The notes under the pieces were generated by a model. That model saw nothing but the letters and a program-made list of their open reading frames with translations, was not told where the DNA came from and did not search any database. A stretch of 64,000 nucleotides of DNA, from the NCBI RefSeq assembly GCF_009914755.1, contig NC_060931.1. One strand, 5' to 3'. Below, piece after piece: positions 37,017 to 56,490 of the stretch (its first letter is position 1; each line of letters starts with the position of its first letter). A program made the translations under genes and the position numbers. Source of the DNA: the human T2T-CHM13v2.0 reference genome, Homo sapiens.

Positions 37017-37900
37017 ACAAATTCAACAAATGTTTAGTAATTTTTATTTATCTGTTGCTATTCTAGGTACTGGGGATGTAGTAATGAACAAAACAAAAGT
37101 TTCTGCCTTCATGTAATTTGCATTCTAGATGGGAGGATTAAAAAAAAAATAAAAAGATAAATATAAATTATATTACATAATTGTTTTCAGGAATATAGAA
37201 AAAATTATATTAACTATATTAAGAGAGATTAAGACCATGGAATTGTGTAAGAAAAACAAGTCTATTTTGAATGACCACAGAGGATTTTCTGATAGTATGA
37301 CATTTGAACAGAGAAGTAAAGAAAGTAAGTCATAAAGATCTGTGGTGGGAGAATCCTCCGGTGAGAGGGAGCAGTGAGTGCAAAGACCCTGAGGTGGAAG
37401 CAGGCCTGGCTCCTTTGAGGAACAGCAAAGCTGCCAGTGTGGCTGAAAAGCAGTGAGCTGGGAGAAGAATGCTAGATGAATTCAGTGAGAGAGGAACCTC
37501 AGACTACCTAGGGTCTTCTACGCCATGGTAGGGATTGTGGACTTTACTCTGAAGGAGATGGAGAGCCATTCGAGCTATATAAACACAGGAGCAATATGAT
37601 CTCACTCACATTTCAGTGGGGTCACCTGCTGCACAGAAATTTAGTTTTGGGAGAATCTACGATAATCTGAGGGGGAAATAATGGTGGCTTGGACTATGGT
37701 TGTAGCAGGGAAAGAAATGAAATGCTTTGAAGCTGGAGCTGGATTTGCTGCTAATGAATTAAACTTGAGGCATGAAGGAAAAGGACAGGCAAAAATGACT
37801 ACAAGTTTTTAATGTGAGGAATTTACTAAGAAGGAAAAGGCTGTAGGTGGAAAAGAGCAAGATGGTAAGAATGGGAGGGAAATCAGGAGTTACTGGTTTA
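37017..37900 (-). mobile_element. L2 LINE 3' fragment
   Basis: attcaacaaatgttt...ctaggtactggggat...tgaacaaaaca...ctgccttcatg; boundaries approximate. Confidence 0.75.
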
Positions 37901-38441
37901 CTTATTAAAGGAAACAAAACTTTTTACAGTTTCTTTGTCTAACATATTAAGAGAAAATATACTGTATAGATAGATGCATTAGAGAAAAAGAGTTTTAAGC
38001 AAATCAGTATAATTAGCCAAACTATATAAACACAGTGCTTTAAAAATACTAAATTTGAGTTCTGGGAAAATAATGATTCCCTATAGGTAGAGGGCCCAGT
38101 TGTGTGTAAAGGCCCTGAGGTTAAATGATCTTGGCATTTTCAAAGGACAGCTCAGAGGAGCTGGAGTGGAACAACAGGGTGACAGTAGCAGGGAATGAGT
38201 TTAGAGAGCCACTGAGTGCCAGATCACACTGTGCCTTCTAGGCTGTTATAAGTTACTTTGGCTTTTACTCCAAATAAGATGAGATGCTGTTGGAAAGTTA
38301 GTAATGTGTTCATTAATATGATTTGGAGGTTTTCTCTATAAAATCTGAATAAACACTGTTAGGATACTGAGGGTGAAATAAAGATCAAACACATTTTTAT
38401 AATGAAATATCACATGCAATATCAAACTTTGAGAGTACTTA

Positions 38442-39823
<1,382 letters not shown>

Positions 39824-41863
39824 TTAAGAAAAATCTATTATTTAAAAAATAAGAAATAGTTATTCCCTCAATATAAAAAAAGAATAAAATACTGATTTTC
39901 TTGACTACAACTTTCCTCTTAACATTCTATGTCAAAATATGGGTTTTTGCATTTTGCTGACCTGAAATTTGATTACCATACTCATCTTTTTATTGAAATA
40001 TATTGCTTGCAACTTCTTTAAATAATTTAAACAAAAATAAGATAATTTATACAATTAATACATTACAAATATTGAGGAGGATGTTTACCAAGTAATGTTT
40101 CTGATAATAATTATTTAATGCAGAATTAGATTGCCAAATAATTAATTTACACAGATGAATATAATTTCAGAGGAGTACATGTTCCCGCAGCTAATTAGCA
40201 TTCTCTAGTTGCCAGTAGACAAACAGAATCAGAAGCTAAATTATAACTAGAAGGTAGCTTGGGGAGTTGGCAATCTGAGCAAGGAGAGTTTGCTGAATGA
40301 CCCTAGTAGCCTGTGCAATCTAACTGTGAACCATCTCTCCCATCACAGGAATATCACCTCTTCCAGACCAGCCACTTTGATGTACTGTGTATGTGGAGAA
40401 GCTATCTCTTCTAAAAATCACTGAAGATACACAACTGTGTTTGCTCTTCTGGTTGTTTTTCCCCTTTTAATTTTCTTAAAATTTAAAAATAACTCTTTTT
40501 TTCTCTTTTTACAAAAATGGTCTGTGTTAGTTACATTAAATTATTTTAAAAACAAATTTTACTTTCCAAACCAACTTAAGGTCGCTAATATTAAGATCTT
40601 TGTGCAAATTCCTCAAAAGCCTCTTTTATATTTTGGGCATATCTTCACCTGTCAATAAACACACACACCTACTCCAGCATTTTCATGACTACAAAGTGTT
40701 CTACTATATGACATCATTATATTTAGAGTTTTAGTTAAACCTGTTTATTGATCACCACTTAACTATGACTTTTTCGTCTTACAAGGAAAGATACAATAAA
40801 CATCACTGGGGGTATGCACATCCTTAACTATTTTTTTTTACAATAAATTTCCAGAAGTAAAATTTCTTGGCAAAATGCACACATAGGTGCAGGTTATATA
40901 TGATATATATGTTCCCTGGAAAGACTGTTACTAAATGTACTATCTCTACGCTTCCTGATATTGTATGAAAGATGTTCAACCTTTATTTATCTATTTGACT
41001 GCTAACGATGTTAAAGTTTTCATATTTTTGTTGGTTTTTGTACTTTTGAACATATCAGATTTCTTTTGTGAAAAGGTTTTTTTATATTATTTGCTCATTT
41101 TAATCGGAGTGCTGATTATACATTAGTGATGCATGAGTATTTTCTATCTGACCTGTTTTATACGTAGCAAATATTTTCCTAATTTTTGATTTGCATTTTG
41201 GTTTTCAGTGATGGAATTCAAATATATAACATATTTTCAAAAATGATTTTTCACTTCAGTAAATATTATACAAACAGAAACTTAAATTTTTAATACTTTT
41301 ATTTAAATTTAAATTTGATTTACTTGGAATTACTTGTTTGAAAGATGAATGGAAGGTGGCTATGACCTGAAAATACAAATAGTTTACTCACAGATATGAA
41401 GTATAATCTTTAAAAAAATATTAGCCTGCCAGGAGTAAAGGAAAAAGAATTAAAAATATTAGTGAATATATAATCTTAGGTTTGTTTCCTGACTTCATAT
41501 TCTATTACACTTATCTACCACTGTATTCATTTCAAAAACTGGTTGATTATTCCTAAATATTTGTTCTTAATTATGTCTGTCATCTCTGTCTAATATACTA
41601 TTTATTACACGTTGTTAAAAGTAATTTTAATGAATAATCCACCAAGTTGTCATGCTGAAATGTTAAATAAGGCAGTTTAGATTTTACATGGTTTTAATGA
41701 TGTTGTGTCTATTTGTGTGTGGTGAGAAAAATGTATTCCCTCTAAGATGATGGTTAATATAAATGCTATTTTCTTAAACAAACTAATGTTGAAAAATGAT
41801 AGCTCCTAATTTAATAGAGATGTTTATCTGAAAGGAGAAAAAGGAAAAATACTTTCAATGTTA

Positions 41864-42226
<363 letters not shown>

Positions 42227-42394
42227 TTATGTATCACGATCATTTTGTTGTATGCACTGAAGGAAACAAAGTAGTCATAATCACCTCAATCTCTCCCACT
42301 ACTCCTTTCTTCCCTTTCACCACTCCAGTCAAGCTGCTCTCCTTGAGCAGGGCAGGCTGGCTCAATGGTCTTCTCCCCGTATGTGTATGCACGT

Positions 42395-42708
42395 GACCAT
42401 CTCCCTCATCTTTGAGTACTTGTTAAATGTCACCCTCACCAAATGGCTTTTCGTAACCACTCTATTTTAATATAAATTCCAACCCCTCTTTTCAGCCTTC
42501 CCTTTCCACCCAATTTAGTTTTCTTCACAGCAAGTATCTTCCTCAGATACACTTTATATTTTACTTATTAAATGTGTTTATATCTCTCTTCCCCTTTGCA
42601 AAAGCCAGCTCCATGAGGGTAGAGAGTGTTTGTTTTGTTCACTGCCATACCCCCAGTACTTAGAACTTGGCTTTTCACCTAGTTGTTGCGTAATTAATCT
42701 TGTTGAAT
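42395..42708 (+). mobile_element. L2 LINE 3' fragment
   Basis: agctccatgagggtagaga...ttttgttcactgc...cccagtacttagaac...ttgttgaat. Confidence 0.65.
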
Positions 42709-43589
42709 TGTCAGATTACATTCATCACTACTACACTTTCTTGAAATTTTTCCACTAAAATGTCTAAGCTTTTAGTTATAACCGTAAAGGATTCTTGCCC
42801 GTTAGATCAGTTCCTTCAGGTTCTTAACACCTGTTGACACCATTGGAGTATAACTCTCTTATAGAACAGTCTCTATATATTGAATAATTTTACTGACAAT
42901 TATCATATTACAATTTTTTAAGCAAACCACAACCATTTGCATCATGAAAAAAATGTTGATGCAACACTAAGACATTCTTATCATTTTCCTTACAGACATC
43001 TCAGAACCATGAATCTCCCAGAACGATATAACTGAGTTTAAATCTTTCTATACAGGTATTGATAACAAAATAGTTTAGATTACTTTTTGGTCTTTTGCCT
43101 ATTTTACTTTAAATTCCAGAGGCAAATATCCAGGTATCCATAATAGTTATAATAGTTTTTTTCCTGAGTATTCTTGTCAAGACTTAGGAGTAATTAGTTT
43201 TAAAAATAATTCTAATATGTTTAATCATTTTGCCTAAACTTAAAGATTGTTTTATTATCACATGGAAATGCTATAAACATCTTTAGAGTAAATAATTTAA
43301 TCATTATTAAAAATTTAAAGAGTCTAGCAAAAAAGATTCTCTGCATTTGTAATAATATTTATTTTTACAAGTTCAGCCTTGCAAATAATCCATGTTTTTT
43401 ACTAAGAATTAGATTTTAAGGCAAAAAATTCTACACAAATAAACTAGTATCTTGAAACAAGCCAGTAATGCCTTTCTGTCTAATTTCAGTGACTAGGACT
43501 AAAAAATTATAAAACAATACACTGTTTAAAATAAAACAACAAAATCAAAGCAAACAAAACTACTAAAAGAAGAAACTTTCAGAAAATTA

Positions 43590-43703
<114 letters not shown>

Positions 43704-43893
43704 TTATATTTAGTGATATATAAAAAATTGCTTAGCAATCTCAACAAACTTTCAATTAATTATTGTTTTTATCATAGTTATTGAAAATTGAATCATTTAA
43801 AAACTAATTTACCAAAAAATTTTTTACATAAAAAGTTTATAAGACATAATGATAAAATACACATTTCTTCTTAAAGCTTCACTTGCAGTATTA

Positions 43894-44133
<240 letters not shown>

Positions 44134-46254
44134 TTAATGAAAAAATAGGTTTAAAAATTTCCAAGAGAATATACTAACCAAAGCATGTAATAAATTAATT
44201 AACATGAAACACTGAATTGTAAGATTATTCTCAAATTATTTTCTCTTTCTTAAAACATATGGTTGCAATTTTTGTCTAAATTAAGCCAAAGCTATTGAAT
44301 CTACCTGATTTTTACAAAGAATTAATCAACTATAATATATACATATGTACACATAAATACATATTACAATTTTCAATTAGGTTATAAACCTGTATGCAAC
44401 TGAAGGAAATTCAAAAAGAATAGATAAAATTTATTCTTTTACATATTACATATATTATAATTTTACATATTATATATACTAACATGATTTTTTCTGTCTA
44501 AGATTTGTAACGTGGGCCCAGATACTTCTGTAATATTTCTTAGCATATGTGTTCATGTTCCATCCATTGTTGAATAGTAGCAATGGCTTTTAATTATTGA
44601 TAAAGGGCTTATCATCTCAAAAAACAGACAAATCACAACAAATGAAGATGATCTCACAACAGTAACAAGCTATCTTCTTTCACCTCCCAAATGTCCCAAT
44701 ATATTCACAACCTTGAGATGCTCCCTCGCTTCGATAACAAAGAAAAAATAATTTGGAAAGGAAATGGTAACAAAAAAAGAGAAAAGAACTCCAGGAATTT
44801 GTATAACTAAACAAAAAGAACAGATTTGCCCCCAAAATTGGTCAGAGAGGAAGTATGCTATCATATCCAATTAATGATTCCAAAGTCCTCCTAAGAATCT
44901 AAAAGGAAAAAAGTTGTTAAAAAATGTTCTATCTTCTTTTCTTCCATACAGATTTTTTAGGTATGAAGTTATATTAATCAGATATAGGCATACTGAACTA
45001 TTTTTTTAGAAATATATACTTTTCCCATGCACATAAAAAATAACAGAAACATTCAAACTCTTAACCAACTCTCTAAGGTGAATACAGAATATTTCTAGCT
45101 TAGATATAGCCCATAACATCCATTCCTCAAGCCAATACATGAGGGGTTGTTCTCTTTAAGCCTGTGAATAGCAGCATAGTCTGTTTAGAAACACACTCGG
45201 ACACCAACTGGTTCCCTATGAAGTAAAGATTTAATGCTACTGTACTTAAAGAGGACAAGATGAGGGGTATCCAGAATGAAATCCAGAATTTTTTCTTCAA
45301 CAAACAAAAGCCATTTTTAATTCTCAGAGAATAAGAACATGCATGCAAACTTCTAAAATGTAGAAATATATTTAGGCTATTATTATATTATTTTAGCAAT
45401 GCTTGCCTTGTTGAAAGAATTGAAAGCATGAAAATATATTTTAAAGTATACCTGTAACTGAAGAAAATCTTTGACTAACATGATTTTGGAAAACATCAAT
45501 AACATCATCCTCTTTCTGTTCTCTCCATAAACTATAGTAATATTTGCATAATACACTTTTCAGAGCTAACTTGAAGTAGAATTGTGTCAAATAGTCCGAG
45601 AGAGGGTATAATGTAATATGTCTAGGCTGTAATTAAAAATATAATGTTGCTCGTGGTGCTCCTGAAATCTGAGCGAGTAGGTAGGTATTACTGAGCCTGC
45701 TTACTGTTAACAATCCTAAGATGACCTCTCTTAATTCCTCTATCTCTTTAGCCATCTCTTTTCTTGAGTGCATCATTCCAAATGATTCTCTTTCTCTCTC
45801 TCTCTCTCCTGGCTTTTTTATCTTCTTGTTTCTCTGATTTAATTATTTATAATATGGACATGAAGGTCTATAGATACCTTGTGTTTGGTATATTTACTAA
45901 AGACAATGTAATGTTCTACGGTGAAAATGTATGTGGTATGCCAATGAAATTGTAATCTCTCTTAAAGGTTATATTTTATGTATCTGTAACTTGCTTTGAT
46001 CTCTACATCAGGGGCTCAGTGGGAAAAAGAACATAATCAAGCCAATCACTGCTATGCATGGTTTGTCCTCGCATATTCTATCTTGTTATGTGGGAGGATT
46101 TCTTCACTCTATCCATTGACACATATGTGGCCATGTATCACAACATCCATATAATCAGTAATTGAAATAGAAGAATTTTAAGACACAAGATCCCAAACAT
46201 AAACGTACGTTAGGGAGAGAAACTTGAAGGATGCATTATGAGATCTATATTTCA

Positions 46255-46899
<645 letters not shown>

Positions 46900-48186
46900 T
46901 CAACAGCACATATTTTACTAAATAATAACTTAAGCCCTAGAATGTTTTAACTAAGCAAGACCATGAAAATCAAACTTATACAAATACAAGCAGCACACAC
47001 AGGAGTACATGGAGCTGCTGTACTGCTCTGAGTTTGACTCACTTTGGTTCCCCAACACATTTGGCAAATCATATCCAAGCCTGCCTCAATGATTCTGGTT
47101 CTGTGGTGAGCACTGGAAAGCGAAGAAGAAAGAAATATTTCTATTTTCTTCCACTTTATTGCTAATGTTTACTGACACACCAACAGAAGACTCTGGTTTT
47201 TCTTAGGGATTAATACCACCATCTCAATTAGAAATTTAAGTACTTTTAATACATAAATCAAATTATTGTTGTCACCTGAAATATCTCCACACTTAGCTTA
47301 TTTCTCAGCACCTGATTTCCAGAGTTGAACTTCCTGAGAACTGGTGCAACCCAGGACTGGCCCTATCTTCATTCACAGGCCAAACCTTTTTTGAGGCAGG
47401 AATGTTTCCATGCAGTCTCGAGTCTTGGCTAGCTCTCAAAACAGATGATTCTTAATACTGAATATTCTCCCTGTTAGCCTAATCAGAAAGGGTACAAGGG
47501 TGGGGGTGCTGACTATTGACCCCTGACACTGTCTGCTGAGTGCTAACCAATGTAAACCAAAATGTTCCTGTGTTCTCAAAGCTTGACCTCTGCTTCCCCT
47601 CACGCTGTAGTTATGCAATTCTGACAAAGTGGTCCACACTTCTCACTTCTTTTCCTGGTTCCTACTGTGTGTACATGGACTTTATTCATAAACAGGGTTT
47701 ATCCTGGTCCTGAGTCCTATTCTCACAATCTTACCATTTATCTCATCTTGTCCTTGAACGAGAAATGAATCCAGGTCAAACTCGAGTCCTGTGGGTGAGA
47801 CCTTCCAGGTTCACCGTGCTAGCCTGCCTGGACCGTTTGATATTGCCCCCACTTCTTCCACTGCTTATTAATTCCCTGTCATCTCTGCTCATCTGCTAGA
47901 ATAGCTCTTCAGTTCTTGGATCCTATTGCCACCAGCAACAACCAAATCTCCTCCTCTGTTTAGCTAGCTCAATCTTTGCAGTCCATAAAACTCATAGCTC
48001 TGGGTCAATTCTACTCTAGTCAGAGACTCTACTACTTGGCCTGGTATCTGTCTTCCAAAATGCATGATAACTAAATATTACTAGGCTAACTTTCGTTACA
48101 CGATGGAATGAATTAGAGGAATAGACCTTCTGCTTTACTCTAATTTGAGCTATTTCTTTAAAAAATGAAGGTACATCTCAACTTTA

Positions 48187-48465
<279 letters not shown>

Positions 48466-48711
48466 CTATGGATATAATTAAAAAATAATCACTTAGAAAT
48501 TCAATTTTGGAGAAAACGTGTAAATTATCACTTTTAAAATCCTAAATTTAATTCTTCATAGATAGTATATAAAGATAATAAAAGAATTAAATAATTTAAA
48601 AGCTTACTTGATATTTCAGAAAAATTCCATCATTATAAAATATGACGTATTCAAACCTCAACATAAAGTATAGTAGGCTTTGTATTTAGGATGTTTTTAA
48701 AAAGTACTTAA

Positions 48712-49040
<329 letters not shown>

Positions 49041-49379
49041 TTAAAAAATTAAAACATTTTTTCTAGAATAAACGTATATAATTTTAAAACCTGAGAGGGA
49101 CATATATGTGTAAGAACTTAAAGTATAATAAATATATATATAAAAAAGGATTAATAATAATCAGCAAATTACTAAAATGATATATTCATATATAGTCACT
49201 AAGATCACTGACTCCTCCAGTTATCACGAGAATTAGCACAATTGCAAGGAAAAAAAAAACAAAAAGAAAAATATTAGGGCTTTATACTCTGGGGACAAAA
49301 TCTATTTTTTGGATATGATGTTTAAAAATCGTGTTTGAAAATCAATACATTCATGAAAATAAAATCCAACTGTTTTTTA

Positions 49380-49709
<330 letters not shown>

Positions 49710-52412
49710 CTATAACTCTGGGGTTTATCTTAAGAAAAAGCAAGCTAAATTTAGAAAAATGATTATTTCTAGCAATCAACAAAGTAATACATTCATATTC
49801 TGGCCCATAATCACACAAATATTGATAGCCAAGCAACGTTATCAGCTCAAGCTTATATTAATGCAGGTTGAATATCTGCCTTTGAAAAGTCTAGCTCTTG
49901 AAAAGAAATTTGCATTCTTTGAAGCACTTATCTTTTCTAAAAGATGGAACAAACAAAATTAAGGTTTAGTACATTATAATTCCTTGTTATAATGAGAAAT
50001 AGCCACAAGAATGTAAAATCAAATTACTTTCTCTCTTACTGTTACAGTTTTCTCTTATAACTCAACTTATCATTACTCTGGGCTGAAAGAGTTATTCATT
50101 GCAGAGGTGATTATACTATCTTAGTGAAATATCTTATTCCTTTCATTTTTCTGAGGTTAAAGAAATTTGAAGTTTCCTCTAAGAACTCACAGGAAAATTT
50201 TATATCATTTTGAACTCTGGGCATTTGCAAAATCAAATCTGGGGATCTGAAAGTTTTCTGGACAAGTTTTTTGTTTAGTTTTGTTCTGTTTTAGAAAGAG
50301 GAAAAATATCTGAGTGGTAAATTTTTAAAAGAAGATTTTAAAATGTTCTAAAATAATTTGTCTATTTTATAAATATGCTAATTTTAGGACAATCACAAAA
50401 TAATCTTTCAGCCTTGCCATGTAGATTTTGGAAAATTCTGGAAAGACCTTGAAACCTTTTCTGTGGAGAAAATGTACTTTTAGATATTTTACAGTGTTAT
50501 TTTGTTATAGTCCCAATGACAAATGAATTATTTTCAAATTTACCTAGTTAACAAATATTTTGCTAAGCATTTTAAACATTAGACCAAATCAGTATATTCG
50601 AACTTGAAGGAAATAATAAACTACTTTTGAATATATATTTGATTTTAAATATTATATATCTGAGTAAAAATTTATCCTTAAATAAACTAGGAAAAGGACA
50701 TTTAGTTTAAAACAGGGAAAAGCTATCTATGGAAATGATTATTAAGAATAAGAGAAGACAAATGACTGAAAAAAATAATTCATGATGATTAAAATGTTTG
50801 AATCAATACTTTAAATTGAGAACTATCTGGGCAGATTGATCATTGCTTGCAACAGTATAGATGAAACAAAATTTGTTATATTTAAAGAAAAAGGTTTAGA
50901 AACAACAGATAAATTATGTCTACTTAGAAAATCAAAATTAGTATTCCTTTGTCAATTGTAATATTAGTATGTATTAAATATATTAATACATTTTCCATTT
51001 TACCATGAAGCTTTATTGACTTTTGACTCAATACTTTCATTTGGTGTTGCTTCCCCAAATTGTGTGCAATTTGCATAGCAGAGTTTTTTTTAATTAATTG
51101 CATAAATGTTCTAAAGAGCATAATAAGTAGGTGAAATTTATTATTTATTCAAGAGGAAAAAGTGATTTTGCTACAATACATATACAGTATAGAGAATTTA
51201 TATCTATTATGCAGAGTAGTCAAATAATTACATTTTATGTTTACTGCTGCTATTATGAATATTGTTTTATTACTTTGTGAACTTAAATCACAGGGCTTAA
51301 TTAAACTGACCTCCACATACAGTAATAGCTTGTGTAAAATATACAAAAAAAAGGGCTAGAAAAAAACCATTTGGAATAGGGCATGAAATAGAGCATGAAA
51401 ATTCAATTCAGAGTGATAAATTTTGAGGATTATTATAAAACTCTTTTTAAAATACCAAGCATAATCATTTCTAGGCCTGATATTTGAACATTATATGATC
51501 TATCCTGATTTATTTTATGTATTTATGGCTTGTTCCACCATATAAAACACCTCTGTTAATTAAATTAATTATATGTCAACAGTCTCTCATGCATTTCAGT
51601 TATCCTATTTGGCTAACAAAATATGATAAGGCTAATAATCCCATAAAAGGCTAATATTTCAATAAATAATTTCAATTTCTGCCCATCATGTAGGCAGATG
51701 ACATACATTTTATCACTTAGATAATCTACTTAGAGTAATTTATTTTAAGGCATATTATAGTAGGAGGATTTCTTAATATTTGAAAAAACTTTAAAATATT
51801 TAAAAAATAGAAAATAAAAAGTATACATTGAAAGGAAGAGAAAAATTTTAATCACTATCAACATCATTGATGTTTGTCTTTCAAGATTTATTTGACATAA
51901 ATACAATCGTTCCCTTAAAAAAAAAAAGGCATTGTTGTATTGTATAATGTACTTCTATACTTTAATGGTGTTTGCAAAATATTTTGTCAGTGTTTATGTA
52001 TCAGAAATATTGACTCAATCAGCCAATCAGCAGTTACTGGATGTTTGCAGGTTTCTTAAAACATTATTAGACAAATTCTGTTATAAATATTGTGTTCGCA
52101 CACTTCCCTAAATAGTTCTCTAAGACATATTTTTGAAAGTAGAATTGTTAGGTACAAACACACATGGAGTTTTAAGAATGTTGATATGAACTGCCAAATT
52201 TTCTTATGAAAGATTCTACTAATACACACACGTTTGCCTAACTCTCTGTACCTCACCCAACTCGAGGACTATTTCTTAAAGGCACGATAAAGTTATTTTT
52301 ATTTTTGATAGCTACCAGACTTTGGTTATATCAAATATCAATATAATTCAACATCCAAAGCTGCAGAATATAATTATCTGTTGAAATAGTCTAGTTTATA
52401 AAAACACTATTA

Positions 52413-52511
<99 letters not shown>

Positions 52512-52754
52512 TTAAGGTTTGTATAATTATTCAGCTGGGCATGAAGATATACATCTACATATATCCAAGATGACAATTTATTGAAGGATGATTTAATACA
52601 GACTAAGACTTTCTTAATTCTTCTCTTATTTCATAACATTTTTTTCCTTTTAAGGGTGAGATCAAATGAAAAGATAAGGCATCATATTTCAAAACAATCA
52701 AAGCTTTAATATCTTATTTTCTAAGTACAAATCTGCATTTTTAAATAGTGAGAC

Positions 52755-53527
52755 ACTGACAACATCAAATGCTGACAAGGATGTGGAGCAACAGGTGCTG
52801 GTGAGAATTCAAAATGGTACAGCTATTTTGGAGAACAGTTTAGTGGTTTCTTACAGAACTAAACATACTCTTAGCATATGACATAGAAATCATGCTCCTC
52901 TATGTTTACCCAAAGGAGCTGAAAACTTATTTCCATAGAAAAACCTGCACATGGAAGTTTATAGCAACTTTATTCATAATTGCCCAAACTTGCAAGCAAC
53001 CATGATGTTCTTCAGTAGGTAAATGGATATGCTGTTGTACATATAGACAGCATGGAATATTATTCAGCCTTAAAAAGAATTGAGCTATCAAGCCACAAAA
53101 AGACATGTAGGAAACTTAAATGAGTATTAAGTGAAAGAAGCCAATCTGAAAAGGCTACCTACTAAGTGATTCCAACTATATGAAATCTAGGAAAAAACAA
53201 CACTATGGAGACAGTAAAAAGAGCTGTGGTTGTCTGGGGTTGAGAGGAGGGAGGGGTGAACAGGCAGAGCATAGGCAATTTTTAGGGTAGTGAAACTAGT
53301 CTGTATGTTCCTATCATAGTGGATACACGTTATGAGAAATTTGTCCAAACCCATAGAATTTACAACACCTAGAGCGGACCGTAATGTAAACTATAGACTA
53401 GGTGATAATGGTGTGTCAATGTAGGTCATCAATTATAACAAATGTAGCACTCTGGTGGGGGACGTCGACAATGGGGTTGGGGGACTATGCATGTGGGAGA
53501 TTTACAGAGTATATGTGAAATCTATAA
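52755..53527 (+). mobile_element. Old L1MC/MD-type 3' end
   Basis: caaatgctgacaaggatgtggagcaac ORF2 end; aaacccatagaat...taatgtaaactat 3' UTR. Confidence 0.8.
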
Positions 53528-56419
53528 TAATAGTGAAACACACTATAATCTCCAGAAATGTATACAACAGTTGGTTTTATGCCAGTTCCTTGGTAATCAA
53601 TTCCCCATACTCATTTACAGGATTATACCACCAATGAGCCAAGGACAGAGATGGTAATACTTAACAACCCAATGTTCTGAATACAGTTAACTGGCACAAG
53701 AGCAACTATCTAAACAAAGGTAGGCTCATCAGATTGCTTCTTGAAAGAATTTAGTATTTAAACTAAAAGACACGAAGTTGGAAGCTTTAGGGGATATAGT
53801 ATACATTTTTAACTTCTCATAGGCTACATAGGCTAACTTTAATTGATATGATGCTAGTTCACATGTAGTATAAGGACCTAACTAGCTTGCTAAGTAGAAA
53901 TACAAAAAATATAACACATATTCATATTTCCATAGAGTCTTCTAAATAAATAATATTTCAAATATATAAACTTTTTTAGAATTGCTTTGATTACAATTAT
54001 GATCTTGAATTAATATTTTTTCTTGACTTCTAGAAGGCTCTAGGGATATATAGATTGTGAATATATACACATATATATGAATTCTGTGAGAATCAAAACG
54101 TCTTCATGAGACTATGATATTAAAGTGAAATTTTGCCCTCTACTATTTGCTGTTTTGGTGATTTTAAAATTAAATATTATGACTCCTAGCTAGATAGGGG
54201 CTATTGGTTGTAGACAGCAATACGTCCAAGTAAAAAATGACATTTCACAGACTGCCTTCGAAGATAGAGATGATCCTGGGAATTCTTCTAAAGTAGTTAT
54301 GATAAGAAGGCTTTTTCCAAATAAGCTCCTTAAAAGGGAGTAAATTTCAGTTAGCAGAAGCTCTCTTTCACCTTTTGAACTTTCTCTTTTATCCTGTCTA
54401 AATGCAGATAAAGAGGCTAAAACTGGAGCTTCATCCTGTCACCATGAAGGAAAAGATTAGTGACTTTCAGAGACCTCAGCCTGACATTGTAAAGTGGCCA
54501 AATTGCCATCAGCAGAGAACACCTGCTCCAGATATTTGTTCAGTAAGAAAAAGAAACTCTTAAGTAGATTAAGTGACTGTCATTTTTGTTTGCTATCTAT
54601 GCAGTCTAATTTAAGTTCTAAACGGTATTCCAAGGCAAGCTTCTATCGGCAAGCCAGAGAGAATAATTCATGCATATGTTTGATTAACAGACATTAAGAG
54701 TAAAAAATAACAATTGTCTCCCAGAATTCCTTCTCCCTAATTACTTAGAGGACTTGAATATGGAGATTATGAGGTACTTTTGAGTGTTCTGGGTTAGGAA
54801 ATCAAGTGGATGATAGTGACATTAACAAAACAGAAAATATTTTAAATTTGGAAGGGATGTCATAAAATGCAAATTTTAAATATTATGTTTTTAAATTCAG
54901 TGTAAAAAATATTTGTGGTGAAGTGATTATTTGTATTTTATGTTATTCCCTGGTGTGAAAGTTTTGTTTTCTTTTTTATTAGTTGTCAATGTTTCTTAAA
55001 CTAATATAGATAAATGATGGGTTTTTCCATGAAACACAGAATTTTCCACAAATATTTGGTAATATTATAGGAAGATGTATAAAAATTAAATACTTTTTAT
55101 GACAAGAGTGCCAAAAAATATTTTTAAAATATTTCAAAAACTCTTGTCTTGGCCACCCAATGAGATTGATGCATCTCTCTGGATTTTCTCCTTCCTAATG
55201 AATGACACTAGCTATACTAAACTGAGCAGATGCTGCCCTTTCTTAGTAAACAGACTGCCAGTTTTAGCTGGACAGCAGCTGTGTACAGAATGTGAAGGTT
55301 TACCAGCTCACTCCCTCAGGATAATTCTCCATAGACTTCTCATTGCACACAGAACAAAACGCAGAGCTCCCTAAATGATCAGGCCTTGCGCTTTCAAACC
55401 CCCATCTTGTTATGTTCTCCCTCACTCATTGAGATCTAATATTTCTGTCTGGCTTTCACTCTTGTGAGTACAACATACTCTTATTGCCTTAGGGCCTGCT
55501 GCTTGCTGCAGCTGCTGTTTGAGATGTTCTTCCCCTTGCTTTCTGTCTGACCAAGGACAGTTTAACCTCCAGCTCTCAGCATCAGTGCCCTTTTGTTAGA
55601 CGTTTCGCTGGTGACGCTTCATTATATATTTCATCCTCTCTCACCTTCAGTATTCTCTTCTACAGTATTTTTTAATATTTTCATTCATCAATTGCAATTT
55701 ATAATTGCATGAATACTCTGTGCCATGTGGGCAGGGACCACATTTGTTTTGGTCACCCCTCTGTACTAAGGAGATGCTGTGTTGATTAGAAAATAAGCAT
55801 AACTCCAGCAGTACATATGTGTGAAATGATTAGTGCGTTATTATTATACTTGTGGAATACTGCCAATAAATACCTATTTGAATTAATAAATTTTATAAGT
55901 TTATTATTTTGATCTTATTATAATAATAAACAATAATTTAGCCTTATTTCTTTTTTAAAGATAGAACTACTGCCTTGCAGTTAATGATAAAGTAAATCTA
56001 AACAATTCAATTTTCCATAAATGTAGTATGTATTTCAAAACACTGAAATAAAATTATATGTTGAGAACATTGTCTTAGTTTCTATAATCATGTAAAGTAG
56101 ACAATAATGCATTATTTGCTTTGAGATTATGGCCAATAATGATATATTACATCAACTTTAGATGTCATTTGGAAATAAAACAGTAGTTAAAAACAGAATG
56201 TGAAATTGGAGTGTGTGTCATTGTTTTTATGAAAAAAGATTGCATTACAGACTCAGCAAAAAATTAACCATAGGAGAAAACTTATTGTAATTATTATTTT
56301 TGCTGACATTAAGAGAGATTTCTGAGAATGCTAGAAATTTAAAGGAATCAATTTTTCTAATAATACTGGTTTAAATTCCAAAGCTATGACGAGCAAAATA
56401 ATTTTTGAGATTGGGTATT

Positions 56420-56490
56420 TTATATATATGTGTATATATACATATTTATGTATATTTATGTGTATACACACACACACACATATATATATA
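56420..56490. repeat. Compound (TA)n/(TG)n/(CA)n low-complexity microsatellite
   Basis: tatatatatgtgtatata...acacacacacacatatatata. Confidence 0.8.

Noticed and set aside
47000-48120. Slightly GC-richer intronic block that might be an old ERV/LTR remnant or extra exon
   Set aside because: No convincing splice-bounded frame or consensus match recognisable by eye
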